Source: Candidatus Eiseniibacteriota bacterium (lineage in GTDB: Bacteria > Eisenbacteria > RBG-16-71-46). Taken from it: a DNA stretch of 58,835 bases. The notes beneath the pieces are model-generated. The model was not told the origin of the DNA. It searched no databases and worked only from the letters and a program-made list of their open reading frames with translations. Positions 45,062-55,316 of the stretch are shown here, one piece after another. A program made the position numbers and the translations under genes. Location of the stretch: NCBI GenBank assembly GCA_044222065.1, contig JBGAOA010000021.1:1-58835 (forward strand), read 5' to 3'. The first letter of the stretch is position 1, and every line of letters begins with the position of its first letter.

Positions 45062-45501
45062 ACGTGATCCTGCTCGAAGACATGAAGGGCCTGGGCCAGC
45101 GTGGCGAAGTCGTCCACGTGAAGCCCGGGTTCGCCCGCAACTTCCTGCTGCCGCGCCAGCTCGCGATTCCCGCGGGCGAAAAGGCCGCGAACCTCTTCCA
45201 GGAGCTTCTGCGCCAGCGTCAGCTCGTGGAAGAGAAGAAAGTCGCCGCCGCGCGCATCGAGGCCGCGAAGCTCGACGGCGTCGAAGTGAACCTCGTGGCG
45301 CAGGCAAACGAAGAGGACACGCTGTTCGGCTCGATCACGAACGTGGACGTCGCCGAAGCGCTCGCGAAGGCCGGTCACGTCGTGGACCGCCGCCAGATCG
45401 AGCTCGAGGAGCACATCAAGACGCTCGGCAAGTACGACGTGCCGGTGAAGTTCTTCGGCGGCGTCACGGCGACCGTCAAGGTCTGGGTGGTGCGCGCATG
45501 A
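45058..45501 (+). CDS. rplI: 50S ribosomal protein L9
   Basis: [38 protein letters not shown]. Confidence 0.97.
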   Translation: MNVILLEDMKGLGQRGEVVHVKPGFARNFLLPRQLAIPAGEKAANLFQELLRQRQLVEEKKVAAARIEAAKLDGVEVNLVAQANEEDTLFGSITNVDVAEALAKAGHVVDRRQIELEEHIKTLGKYDVPVKFFGGVTATVKVWVVRA

Positions 45502-46781
45502 GCCCCCGCGCCCGCGTCTCCGGTCTCGTGCTGATCGCGCTCGCCGCGGCGGCCGGTCTCGCGATCGGCGCGCCCGCGGCGCGTCGCGCTTCGTCCGCGG
45601 CGCTGCCCGACAGCCAGCGCGTGCTCGTTCGTCTCGGCAAGGAGACGATCACGCGCGGCGACGTGGACCGCCGGCTGCGCGACCTGCCCGAGCAGTTCCG
45701 CGCCAATTACTCGACGCCCGAGGGCCGCCAGCAGCTCCTGGACCGCATGGTCGAAGAGCGCGTCTGGTACATGGCCGCGCAGCGCGCCGGCGTCGGCACG
45801 CGTCCGTCGCTCGAACGGCAGCTCGAGCAGCAGCGGCGCGACCTCATCATCCGCACGTACGTCAACGAAGTGATGCAGGGCAACACGACGCCGGGCGACG
45901 ACGAAGCGCAGCGCTACTACGACGAGCACCTGTCCGAGTACAAGATCCCGGCGACGGTCGGGCTGCGTCACATCCAGCTCAAGACCGAGGCCGAGGCGAA
46001 GCGCCTGCTGCCCTTCGTCCGCAACCCGAAGGAAGACTGGAACAAGCTCGCGCAGAAGTACTCGGGCGACACGCTCACGCGCGCGAGCGGCGGCCAGCTC
46101 GGCACGGTGACGCTCGACGGCGTGTTCGCGTCCATCGGCCGCCAGCCGGCGCTCGCCGAATCGGCGTTCGCGCTCGGCGAGGGCAAGGTCGGCGGGCCGT
46201 ACCGCACGGATCGCGGCTGGCACCTCGTGAAGGTCGAGTCGGCGAAGCCCGAGAGCTTCCGTCCGTTCGACCAGGTGCGCCCGATGATCGTGCGCCAGCT
46301 CGGCTCGACGCGCGCGCAGGACTACTACAAGAGCCGGCTCGACTCGCTGCGGCGTGTGATCGGCGTCTCGAGCGACAGCTCGGCCGTGCGCGGCTTCCTC
46401 GAGCAGAAGAAGAGCGCGCGCGACCTGTTCAAGGAGGCGCAGGAGGCGGGGACGCCGCAGGCGCGCATCGACGGCTACCGCAAGCTCCTGCAGCAGTACC
46501 CGACCGACGAGGTCAGCCCGCAGGCGCAGTTCATGATCGGGTTCGTGAACTCGGAGGAGCTCAAGAACTACGAGGCAGCCGAGCAGGCGTTCCGCGACCT
46601 GCTCGCGAACTACCCGAAGTCGGAGCTCGTGTCGTCGGCGCAGTGGATGATCGAGCACATGCGCACGGAGGAGGCGCCCGCGTTCCTCGACGCGGCGGGC
46701 GATACGCTCGCGAAGCCCGCGACGGACAAGCGGCCGGCTCCCTGGTCGCCGGGCAAGAAGGGCAACGGCGGAAAGCCGTGA
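45498..46781 (+). CDS. Exported parvulin-type peptidyl-prolyl isomerase with C-terminal TPR
   Basis: Signal peptide; RHIQL, LAQKYS.D, GGQLG, GWHLVK; LLQQYP...AQFMIG...LLANYP TPR. Confidence 0.85.
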   Translation: MSPRARVSGLVLIALAAAAGLAIGAPAARRASSAALPDSQRVLVRLGKETITRGDVDRRLRDLPEQFRANYSTPEGRQQLLDRMVEERVWYMAAQRAGVGTRPSLERQLEQQRRDLIIRTYVNEVMQGNTTPGDDEAQRYYDEHLSEYKIPATVGLRHIQLKTEAEAKRLLPFVRNPKEDWNKLAQKYSGDTLTRASGGQLGTVTLDGVFASIGRQPALAESAFALGEGKVGGPYRTDRGWHLVKVESAKPESFRPFDQVRPMIVRQLGSTRAQDYYKSRLDSLRRVIGVSSDSSAVRGFLEQKKSARDLFKEAQEAGTPQARIDGYRKLLQQYPTDEVSPQAQFMIGFVNSEELKNYEAAEQAFRDLLANYPKSELVSSAQWMIEHMRTEEAPAFLDAAGDTLAKPATDKRPAPWSPGKKGNGGKP

Positions 46782-47293
46782 ACGTCGTCGAGGCGCGGGT
46801 TCACGGCGTCGTGATCGAGAAGTCCTCGGGCGCGAACGTCGTGATCCTGCGCGAGGCGGGAGGCGAACGCATCCTGCCGATCTGGATCGGCCCGGGTGAG
46901 GCGCAGGCGATCAGCCGGCTGCTCTCCGGGGAGGCGCCGCCCCGTCCGTTCACGCACGACCTGCTCGCGATGATCGTCGAGGGCCTCAAGGGCCGCGTCA
47001 CGCGCGTCGTGATCTCGGACCTGCGCGAGAGCACGTTCTTCGCGCACCTGTTCGTCGAACGCGAGGGCGAGGTGCTGTCGGTGGACGCGCGGCCTTCGGA
47101 CTCGATCGCCGTCGCGCTGCGCACGCGGGCGCCCATCTACGTCAACGAACTCCTCATGCAGGATCCGCCGACGCAGGAAGCCGAGGCGGAACCGACGCCC
47201 GAGCCGCCGGCCGCGGCGCCCGACGACGCGGAGCAGCTCCGACGACGCCTCGAACGGCTGAAGCCCGAGGACTTCGGGAAGTTCGAGCCTTGA
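46778..47293 (+). CDS. Bifunctional nuclease family protein (DUF151)
   Basis: LPIWIG..EAQAI, RPFTHDL, DARPSDSIAVALR. Confidence 0.92.
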   Translation: MNVVEARVHGVVIEKSSGANVVILREAGGERILPIWIGPGEAQAISRLLSGEAPPRPFTHDLLAMIVEGLKGRVTRVVISDLRESTFFAHLFVEREGEVLSVDARPSDSIAVALRTRAPIYVNELLMQDPPTQEAEAEPTPEPPAAAPDDAEQLRRRLERLKPEDFGKFEP

Positions 47294-48705
47294 GGCTCGC
47301 GCGCCCGCTCGCCGCCGCCGTGGCCGCACTCGCGATCGCGCCGCTCCTCGCGCACGCCGCCGCGCGGCTCGAGACGCCGCGCTCGCTCGGCGAGGCCGAA
47401 GCGCTCGTCGCGACGGCGGGGGGCGCCGAGCGCGACCGGGCGCTCGAGGCGTGGGGCGCGCGCGCGGCGCTCGACGAGATCGTCTTCGTGCTGCGGCGCG
47501 ACGCGCGCGAACTGGGCGGCGCCGAGGGTCCGCTGTGCCGCGTGGCGCTCGCGAAGGCGCCCGCGTCGAACGCGCCGCTGCGCGCGCGCCTCGTCGCGCG
47601 CCTCGCGCGCACGAACGACAAGGGCGCGAAGGCCGCCGCCGCCGAACTCGCGGCTCGCCTTCCCGACTTCACGGGCGATCCGCGCGCCTCGGTGTTCCGG
47701 CTCGCGGTCGTCGCGCCGACCCGGGGCGACTACGCGGCCTACGGGGCCTCGCTACGCGCCGGCGTTGCGGCCGCGCTCGAAGCGGCGAACCGCGATGCGC
47801 GGGCGCCGATCGCGCTCGAGTCGTACGACTCCGGCTCGGGCGATCCCGTGGACGCGCTGCTCGCGGCCGACTCGGCCGCCGCGCGCGCCGCCGCGATCGT
47901 CGGCGACCTGCTGAGCACCTCGACGTTCCCGGTCGCCGCGATCGCGCGTGCTCGCGGCGCCGTGCTCGTGTCGCCGACGGCGACCGACGAGTCCGTCGGG
48001 CGTGCGGGGCGCGGCACGTTCCAGATCGGCCCCTCGGGCGACCGGCGCGCCGAGCGACTCGTCGCCTGGGCGCGCGCGAACGGCGTGCAGCGCTTCGCGC
48101 GACTCGCGTCCACGGGCGCGAACCGTGCGCTCGCGGACGCATACGAGGCCGCGGTCGCGCGCACGGGCGGTACGCTCGCCTGGCGCGGCGACTACGCGCC
48201 CGGCGACGGCGACTTCCGCGGCGCCTCGGCGGCGATCCGCCGCGAGCAGGTCGAGGCGCTGTTCTGGGACGGCGAGTCCGCCGAGGCCGCCGCGCTGCTG
48301 CGGCAGCTCGTCAAGGACCGCGTCTCGGTGCGCATCGTGGGCGGCGAGGCGCTCGCGCCCGACCGCTTTCACGCGGACGCGCGCGCGCTGCTCGCGGGCG
48401 TGACGTTCGTCGCCGACGACTGGGAATTCGACGCCTCGTTCGCCGAGAAGCTCGACAGCGCGGCCGTCGCCGCGGGCGAGACCGGCGCGAACGCGGTGTT
48501 CGTGCGCGGCTGGCTCGCGGGCGAGGCGATCGCGGGCGCGGTGAAGGCGGGCGCGCTCACGCCCGAAGCGCTGCGCGACGCGCTCGAGGCGGCCTCGGAA
48601 CGCACGCCCGGGCGCGACCGCCTCGGGTTCCTCGCGCTCGAACGACTCGGCGCGCACGTCGCGCTCCGGACCGTGCAGCGCGGCAAGGCGGTGCCGCTGC
48701 CGTAG
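47290..48705 (+). CDS. Exported type-1 periplasmic-binding-fold protein (LppC/LivK-like)
   Basis: Signal peptide; LAVVAP.RGDYAAYG, IVGDLLS, LVSPTATD; TTG start overlapping the upstream stop. Confidence 0.7.
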   Translation: MRLARPLAAAVAALAIAPLLAHAAARLETPRSLGEAEALVATAGGAERDRALEAWGARAALDEIVFVLRRDARELGGAEGPLCRVALAKAPASNAPLRARLVARLARTNDKGAKAAAAELAARLPDFTGDPRASVFRLAVVAPTRGDYAAYGASLRAGVAAALEAANRDARAPIALESYDSGSGDPVDALLAADSAAARAAAIVGDLLSTSTFPVAAIARARGAVLVSPTATDESVGRAGRGTFQIGPSGDRRAERLVAWARANGVQRFARLASTGANRALADAYEAAVARTGGTLAWRGDYAPGDGDFRGASAAIRREQVEALFWDGESAEAAALLRQLVKDRVSVRIVGGEALAPDRFHADARALLAGVTFVADDWEFDASFAEKLDSAAVAAGETGANAVFVRGWLAGEAIAGAVKAGALTPEALRDALEAASERTPGRDRLGFLALERLGAHVALRTVQRGKAVPLP

Positions 48706-48778
48706 CGTCCGGTTCGAGCGGGCCGCGAGGCGCGCTCGCCCGCGCCCGGCGCTCGCGCGTCCCGGGCGGAACCGCGGC

Positions 48779-49453
48779 TCAGTTCCGGACGAGCGTGAAG
48801 CGGAACGGGAACAGCACCTGCACCTCGCTCGGCACGCCGCCGATGCGATAGGGGCGGAAGCGCCACTGCTTCACCGCGGTCGTCGCGGCGTCGGACAGCA
48901 GGCGGTCGGGGCTCGACATCACGTCCACGTCGCGCACGCGGCCGGTCGAGTCGATCACGGCGAGCAGCGTGACCTGGCCCTCGACGTCGCGCTCCTTCGC
49001 CTCTTCGGGGAAGATCGGCTCGACGCGCACCTCGATCACGAGGTCGTCCTTCGTCACGAACGGCACGTCGGCGCGCAGGCTCGGCGCGCGCCCGGCGAGG
49101 TCGGCGAGCGCGTCGCCTTCCTGCACGTCCCGCCGCTCCGCGGTGCGCGGCGCGGTCCCGCGCGGCGACGCCTTCCGCGTCTCGCCGCCGCGGCGCACGT
49201 TCGCACCCGGCAGCAGCGTGACGCGCGGCTGCTCGCCCGCGCCCGACGACTCGACGAGCCGGATGCGCTCGACGTAGCGCACCTGGCCCTCGAGGCCGAA
49301 GCGCGTCACGCGCACGATCTCCTGCTGCACCGGGTGCAGGCGGGCGAGCTGCAGCACGCCGAGCAGCGCGAGCGCGACACCGGCCGCGAGCGCGCTCGTG
49401 CGCCGCGCGACGCGTCGCCGCTCGAGGAAGAAGTGTTCGGTGCCGTGGGTCAT
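48779..49453 (-). CDS. Energy transducer TonB family protein
   Basis: One TM; PIFPEEAKERDVEGQV...IDSTGRV...AVKQWRFRP...PFRF. Confidence 0.85.
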   Translation of the reverse strand: MTHGTEHFFLERRRVARRTSALAAGVALALLGVLQLARLHPVQQEIVRVTRFGLEGQVRYVERIRLVESSGAGEQPRVTLLPGANVRRGGETRKASPRGTAPRTAERRDVQEGDALADLAGRAPSLRADVPFVTKDDLVIEVRVEPIFPEEAKERDVEGQVTLLAVIDSTGRVRDVDVMSSPDRLLSDAATTAVKQWRFRPYRIGGVPSEVQVLFPFRFTLVRN

Positions 49454-49669
49454 GGGACTCCGACCCCGGTCGGCGCTCCGCTCGCAAGGCCGGTGGCCGG
49501 ACCCGCCCACGGCGGGCGCCCGACTCGGTCGTTCATCACTGCGGAGCATCCTGCGGATACGACTCGCTGGTCACGCCCTCGCCGCCTTTCGCCCGGTCTT
49601 GCGAGCGGAGTCCGGTGACGCACGCGGAGGAGGCGGGGCACGCGGTGCTCGGTCTCCCGCGCCGTGCCG

Positions 49670-52015
49670 TCAGCGGCCGCGCGGTCCGGTCAGGACGAAA
49701 GCGTGCGCGGAGTCTAGCAAACGGCCGCGCGCGCGAACTCGCGAATCGTCCACCGCCGCCTCGTACGCGCCGGGTTCGGTGCGCGCGAATTTCACGACGC
49801 CGAACGCGTCGGATTCGAGCACGAGCGTGCCGAGCCGCACGGCGGCGCCCGCGACCGGCGCCCGGGCCTCGTCGCGCACGACGAGCGAATCGAGCGGCCA
49901 GTCGGCCGCGGGCGCGAACTCGTGCGCGAGCCCGAGGAACAGGGCGTACGCACGCGCTCGCAGGGCGCCGGGGGCGAGCAGGCGCTCCTCGACCGCGGCG
50001 TCGTCCAGCGGGCCGAGCATCGCGGCCATCGCGACGCACGAGGTCTGCGTGATCGGGTACTGAGCGTTCTCGCCGATCGGCGGCGCCGCGAGGCCGAGGC
50101 GTTCGAACTCGGCGCGCGTGCGGCCGGCCCACGCGCGGCCCGCGGCGCTCGAGAAATAGTGCCCGAGCTTCGCCGGCTCGTTCCGGAAGCCGACGCGCAG
50201 GAAGCGGTCCGCGCGGAACGCCTCGCTGATCTGGACGCGCTCGACGTCCGACACCGAAGCGTCGCCGTCGCGAGTCAGCCGCACGTCGGCGCCGGCCGCG
50301 CGCAGGAACGCCGCGAGCGCCCGGCACACCGCGAGCGCGAGTCCCGAGCCGCGCGCCCCGCTCGCGCCCACGCCCTGCGACTGGTCGCCGCCGCCGTCGG
50401 GGTCGAGCACGATGCGGCGGCCGTGGAGCGCGCCTCCCGCGATCGCGACGAATCGCGGGGGCCACGTCGTGTCGGAGGCGACGGCGCGGTAGCCGGCGAG
50501 GTCCGGCACGCCCACGTCTCCGAGCGAATCGAGCGGCAGCACGACGAACCCGTCGCGGTTGATCCAGCCCGCTCCGGGCTCGAGATCGCGGGTCGGCGTC
50601 GCCGGACGCAGCGCTGCGCCAGTCGCGGCGTCGAGGGCGAAGCCCGAGCGCACGGGCGAGGGCGCCGTGACGCCGGTGAGCGGGAAGTCCGCGAGCGGAG
50701 CGAACGGCGCGACGCGCCCCGCGACGACCGCCGCCCACTCGGGTCGTGGCGCGACGCGCCACGCGGCGACGCTCGCGCGCACGTAAGCCCAGCCGACGCC
50801 GTTCACGCACGTGATCGTCGTCTCGGCCGGCGCGAACGCGCCCGGGGACGGGAAGCGGAGCCGAACGTCGTGCGGACGCGCGGCCGCACGCGCGCCGTTC
50901 GAGAAGCGCGGCACGATCCGGATCGCGAGCACGCCGTCGCCGCTCGCGGGCAGCGGGCCCGGAACGTCCGCGTCGAGGCCGGCGATCGGTGCGAGCGTGT
51001 CGGCGCTCCACGAGAGGCTCGACCACGGCGAGGAGCCCTGCGCGGCGAGGCGCACGCGCGCCCGGGCCACGTGCGGCACGTCGGGCGCGAGCGCACGGGC
51101 GCTCCGGGCCCGGAGCCCGTCGGCCGTGCGCGTCCACGCGAGCGGTTCGCCGTCCACCTCGATGCGCGCGTCGTCGAACGCGCCGCGCACGCGCACCTCG
51201 AACGGCGGCGCCTCGCCTCCCGCGGCATCGGCGCGCGCGAAGCGCTCGATCACGGGCACCCGCCGCGCGAAGTAGTGCGCGAGCCCGAGGAAGAGCGCCT
51301 CGGCTTCGAGCCGCTGCTTCTCGGGCCGGCGGATCCGCGCCTCGACCTTCGGATGCGTGAGGTAGCTCGTCTCGGTGAGGATCGCGGGCGCGTTCGCGCC
51401 GCGGATCACGGCGAAGTTCCCGGGCGAGACCTTCTGCGCCGGGATCCCGACGTTGCGGACGAGCGCGCGGTGCACGCTCTCGGCGAGGTCGAGCGACGGG
51501 CCGTCGTCGCCGAGCTTGTAGTACGTCACCGTCTCGTTCACGTCGTGGCGCCCGGCGGGATCGGCGTTGTGGTGGATGGACACGACGACGTCGGCCGCGG
51601 CGTCGTTCAGCAACTTCACGCGCGCGTTCAGGTCCGAGCGCAGCGACGAGTCCGCGGGGGTGAGGAAGTCGCGGTCCGCCTCGCGCGTCAGCACGACCGT
51701 CGCGCCCGCGGCCTCGAGCAGTCGCCGCAGTTCGAGAGCGACGCCGAGGTTCACGGCGGCCTCGGTCGTGCCGTGGACGCCGATCGAGCCCGGGAAGAAC
51801 CCGCCGTGCCCGGGGTCGATCGCGACGCGCCGGCCGCGGAAGACGCGGGCCTCGACGCCGGCCGGGTCGTCCCGCAGGCGGTCGTAGCCGGGCAGCGCGC
51901 GGGCGCGCGGCGGGGCGTGAGGGGGCGGGGCGCACGCCCCGGCGAGCGCCGCCAGCGCGAGGAACAGGAGGGCGGCGCGAGCCGATCGCTTCCCTGCGCC
52001 GCGGCTCCGCATCAT
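49670..52015 (-). CDS. Lipoprotein N-acetylmuramoyl-L-alanine amidase with two Amidase_3-like domains
   Basis: Lipobox LAGAC; domain 1 IDPGHGG, TEA, LTRE, SIHHNA, ILTET; domain 2 VLDPDGGG, LTRDGD, degenerate. Confidence 0.85.
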   Translation of the reverse strand: MMRSRGAGKRSARAALLFLALAALAGACAPPPHAPPRARALPGYDRLRDDPAGVEARVFRGRRVAIDPGHGGFFPGSIGVHGTTEAAVNLGVALELRRLLEAAGATVVLTREADRDFLTPADSSLRSDLNARVKLLNDAAADVVVSIHHNADPAGRHDVNETVTYYKLGDDGPSLDLAESVHRALVRNVGIPAQKVSPGNFAVIRGANAPAILTETSYLTHPKVEARIRRPEKQRLEAEALFLGLAHYFARRVPVIERFARADAAGGEAPPFEVRVRGAFDDARIEVDGEPLAWTRTADGLRARSARALAPDVPHVARARVRLAAQGSSPWSSLSWSADTLAPIAGLDADVPGPLPASGDGVLAIRIVPRFSNGARAAARPHDVRLRFPSPGAFAPAETTITCVNGVGWAYVRASVAAWRVAPRPEWAAVVAGRVAPFAPLADFPLTGVTAPSPVRSGFALDAATGAALRPATPTRDLEPGAGWINRDGFVVLPLDSLGDVGVPDLAGYRAVASDTTWPPRFVAIAGGALHGRRIVLDPDGGGDQSQGVGASGARGSGLALAVCRALAAFLRAAGADVRLTRDGDASVSDVERVQISEAFRADRFLRVGFRNEPAKLGHYFSSAAGRAWAGRTRAEFERLGLAAPPIGENAQYPITQTSCVAMAAMLGPLDDAAVEERLLAPGALRARAYALFLGLAHEFAPAADWPLDSLVVRDEARAPVAGAAVRLGTLVLESDAFGVVKFARTEPGAYEAAVDDSRVRARGRLLDSAHAFVLTGPRGR

Positions 52016-52078
52016 GGTGCGCGACCGTAGCAGCGCCCGCGCGCGGCGGGCAAGGCCAACGCGCTGGAACGACGGGCC

Positions 52079-52107
52079 TTGCCTCACCCTCCGGGGCGTG
52101 CTAACCC
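52079..52107 (+). promoter_or_regulatory. Putative sigma70 promoter for the liv operon
   Basis: TTGCCT-N17-TAACCC with extended TG. Confidence 0.35.
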
Positions 52108-52201
52108 TCCCCGCTCGTTCCTCGACCTTAAGAGGCGTCCGCGCATCGCGCGCGGGCCCCGGCTTCCTCTCTGAGCCTCCCCATCCACAGGAGACGCTCG
52201 C

Positions 52202-53422
52202 ATGTCGCTGCGCGCACGGTTCGGTCTCGGCTTCGTTTCGATCGCGGTGTTGGCGCTGCTCGTCGCCGGATGCGGCGGAGGCGGCAAGGCGGGCGGCGGC
52301 GAGGAACTCGTCATCGGCGAGTACGGCTCGCTCTCGGGCAATGACGCCGACTTCGGGAAGTCCACGAAGAAGGGCGTCGAACTCGCCATGGACGATCTCC
52401 AGTCCGCGAAGCAGGGGATGATCGGCGGCATGCGCGTCCGCGTCGTCGTCGAGGACGACCAGGGCAAGCCCGAGGAGGCCGCGACCGTCGTCCAGAAGCT
52501 CGTCAATCAAGACCGCGTGATCGGCGTGATCGGCGAGGTCGCCTCCAGCCGCTCGATGGCGGCGGGCCCGATCTGCCAGAAGGCCGGCGTGCCGATGATC
52601 TCGCCGTCGTCGACGAACCCGAAGGTCACCGAGGTCGGCGACTACATCTTCCGCATGTGCTTCATCGATCCGTTCCAGGGCACGGTGATGGCGAAGTTCA
52701 CGGCCGAGTACCTGAAGCTCAAGAAGGTCGCGATCCTCACCGACATGAAGAACGAGTACAGCGTCGGCCTCACGGAGTTCTTCAAGCAGGTGTTCGTGCC
52801 GCTCGGCGGCGAGATCGTGGCCGAGCAGACGTACGCGTCGGGCGACCAGGACTTCCGCGGCCAGCTCACGGCGATCAAGGCGCGCAACCCCGAGGCGATC
52901 TACCTGCCGGGCTACTACACCGAAGCCGGCCTGATCGCGCGCCAGACGCGCGAACTCGGACTCAAGGTGCCGATCCTCGGCGGCGACGGCTGGGAGAGCG
53001 ACCAGCTCATCGGCATCGGCGGCGAGGCGCTCGAGGGCTGCTACTACTCGAACCACTTCGCGGCCGACAACCCCGAGCCGCGCCTGCAGGAGTTCCTGCA
53101 GAAGCACAAGACGAAGTACGGCGCGGATCCGAACGCCATCACCGGCCTCGCGTACGACGCGGCGAACGTGATGTTCCAGGCGCTCGAGCAGCTGCACGCG
53201 GCCGATCCGGCGGCGTTCGCGGCGCTCGGCTCGTCGAAGGCCGGCACGCCCGAGCGGCGGGCCGCCACGCAGAAGCTGCGCGACCTGATCGCCGCGACGA
53301 AGGACTTCGCGGGCGTGACGGGCAACATCACGCTGGATGCGAACCGCAACGCGACGAAGCCGGCCGTGGTGCTCGAGATCAAGGGCGGCAAGAAGGTCTA
53401 CACGACCACGATCAACCCCTGA
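52202..53422 (+). CDS. livK: Branched-chain amino acid ABC transporter substrate-binding lipoprotein
   Basis: Lipobox VAGC; IGEYGSLSG, EDDQGKP, IGEVASS, FRMCFID.FQG, LGGDGW. Confidence 0.9.
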   Translation: MSLRARFGLGFVSIAVLALLVAGCGGGGKAGGGEELVIGEYGSLSGNDADFGKSTKKGVELAMDDLQSAKQGMIGGMRVRVVVEDDQGKPEEAATVVQKLVNQDRVIGVIGEVASSRSMAAGPICQKAGVPMISPSSTNPKVTEVGDYIFRMCFIDPFQGTVMAKFTAEYLKLKKVAILTDMKNEYSVGLTEFFKQVFVPLGGEIVAEQTYASGDQDFRGQLTAIKARNPEAIYLPGYYTEAGLIARQTRELGLKVPILGGDGWESDQLIGIGGEALEGCYYSNHFAADNPEPRLQEFLQKHKTKYGADPNAITGLAYDAANVMFQALEQLHAADPAAFAALGSSKAGTPERRAATQKLRDLIAATKDFAGVTGNITLDANRNATKPAVVLEIKGGKKVYTTTINP

Positions 53423-53425
53423 TCC

Positions 53426-54328
53426 GTGTCCGAGTTCCTGCAGCAGCTCGTCAACGGCGTCACCTGGGGCAGCGTCTACGCCCTGATCGCGCTCGGCTAC
53501 ACGATGGTGTACGGCATCCTGCGGCTCATCAACTTCGCGCACGGTGACGTCTACATGCTCGGCGCGTTCTTCGCGTTCTACGTCGCGCGCTTCACCGGCG
53601 CGGCGATGAATCCGAATCCCGCGAAGGCGCTCATGGTGCTCGTCGCCGCGATGGCCGGTTGCGGCATCGCCGGGTTCCTGATCGAGCGGCTCGCGTACAA
53701 GCCCGTGCGCAAGTCCTCGCGGCTCGCCGCGCTCATCACCGCGATCGGCGTGTCGCTGCTGCTCGAGAACGGCGGCCTGCTGCTGTTCGGCTCCGATCCG
53801 AAGTTCTTCCCGCAGATCATCCCGGCCCGCAATCTCGCGCTCGGCGCCGGCGTCACGATCTCGAACCAGCAGATCATCGTGATCCTCGTGTCGGTCGTGC
53901 TGATGCTGCTGCTGCGCACGATCGTGCTGCACACGCGCGTCGGGAAGGCGATGCGCGCCGTGTCGCACAACCACGTCGCGGCCAGCCTCATGGGCATCTC
54001 GGTGGACCGCATCATCACGTTCACGTTCGTGCTCGGCTCGATGCTCGCGGCGGCCGCGGGCGTGCTCGTCGCGCTCCAGAACCCGAAGATCGAGCCCTAC
54101 ATGGGCATCATGCCGGGCCTCAAGGCGTTCGTGGCCGCCGTGCTCGGCGGCATCGGCAACATCCCGGGCGCCGTGCTCGGCGGGCTCGTGATGGGCGTGG
54201 CCGAGGTCATGGTTGTCGGCTACCTGTCGCCGAGCTGGCGCGACGCGATCGCGTTCGTGCTGCTCATCGTGATCCTGCTCGTGCGCCCGGCCGGCATCCT
54301 CGGCCGCAACGTGAGCGAGAAGGTCTGA
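53426..54328 (+). CDS. livH: Branched-chain amino acid ABC transporter permease
   Basis: GSVYALIALGYTMVYGILRLINFAHG, KAFVAAVLGGIG. Confidence 0.95.
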   Translation: MSEFLQQLVNGVTWGSVYALIALGYTMVYGILRLINFAHGDVYMLGAFFAFYVARFTGAAMNPNPAKALMVLVAAMAGCGIAGFLIERLAYKPVRKSSRLAALITAIGVSLLLENGGLLLFGSDPKFFPQIIPARNLALGAGVTISNQQIIVILVSVVLMLLLRTIVLHTRVGKAMRAVSHNHVAASLMGISVDRIITFTFVLGSMLAAAAGVLVALQNPKIEPYMGIMPGLKAFVAAVLGGIGNIPGAVLGGLVMGVAEVMVVGYLSPSWRDAIAFVLLIVILLVRPAGILGRNVSEKV

Positions 54329-54329
54329 C

Positions 54330-55316
54330 GTGCGCGGCCTCCTGTGGCTCGCGGGTTCGGTCGCGGTGCTCGCGGCGCTGAACGTGCTGCTGCCGCGGGT
54401 GCTGAACCCGTACCTGCTGCAGGTGCTCATGCTGTGCGGGATCAACGTCGTGCTCGCGGTCTCGCTCAACCTGATCAACGGCTTCACGGGCCAGTTCTCG
54501 ATCGGGCACGCCGGCTTCATGGCGGTCGGCGCGTACGGCTCCGCGATGTTCACGCTGCACCTCGGCAGCCGCTGGGTCGCGAACCTCGGCGCCGCCGGCG
54601 CCCCGGCCTGGTTCGCGGAAGGCGGCGCGCTGCTCGCGGCGCTGCTCGTCGGCGGTTTGCTCGCGGCGCTCGCGGGCTACCTCGTCGGCCTGCCGTCGCT
54701 GCGGTTGCGCGGCGACTACCTCGCGATCGTGACGCTCGGCTTCGGCGAGATCATCCGCGTGCTCATCCTGAACGTGGACGCCGTCGGCGGCGCGCGCGGG
54801 CTGCCGGGCATCCCGGGCTGGGTGAACTTCTTCTGGGTCGGCGGCGCGGTGCTCGCGGTCGTGCTCGTGTCGCGGCACCTCGCGCTCAGCACGCACGGAC
54901 GCGCGCTGTTCGCGATCCGCGACGACGAGGTCGCGGCCGAGGCGCTCGGCGTGGACACGACGCGCTACAAGGTGCTCGCGTTCGTGATCGGCTCGTTCTT
55001 CGCCGGCGTCGCGGGCGGACTGTTCGCGCACTACCTGTCGTACCTGAACCCGAACTCGTTCACGTTCCTGAAGAGCATCGAGGTCATCGCGATGGTCGTG
55101 CTCGGCGGCATGGGCAGCATCTCGGGCTCCGTGCTCGCCGCGATCCTTCTCACCGTGCTGCCCGAGGGGCTGCGGCCGGTGAAGGACTACCGCATGGTGC
55201 TCTACTCGCTGATGCTCGTCGTGCTCATGATCACGCGCCCGCAGGGCCTGCTCGGGAGCCGCGAGCTGTCGTGGCCCGCGTTCCTGAAGCCGCGCGCGCC
55301 GAAGGCCGTCCGATGA
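54330..55316 (+). CDS. livM: Branched-chain amino acid ABC transporter permease
   Basis: GFTGQFSIGHAGF, LRLRGDYLAIVTLGFGEI, VVLGGMGS. Confidence 0.95.
   Translation: MRGLLWLAGSVAVLAALNVLLPRVLNPYLLQVLMLCGINVVLAVSLNLINGFTGQFSIGHAGFMAVGAYGSAMFTLHLGSRWVANLGAAGAPAWFAEGGALLAALLVGGLLAALAGYLVGLPSLRLRGDYLAIVTLGFGEIIRVLILNVDAVGGARGLPGIPGWVNFFWVGGAVLAVVLVSRHLALSTHGRALFAIRDDEVAAEALGVDTTRYKVLAFVIGSFFAGVAGGLFAHYLSYLNPNSFTFLKSIEVIAMVVLGGMGSISGSVLAAILLTVLPEGLRPVKDYRMVLYSLMLVVLMITRPQGLLGSRELSWPAFLKPRAPKAVR

Noticed and set aside
49670..54553. 1627-aa minus-strand ORF
   Set aside because: The amidase starts at 52015; the upstream part is antisense to livKHM
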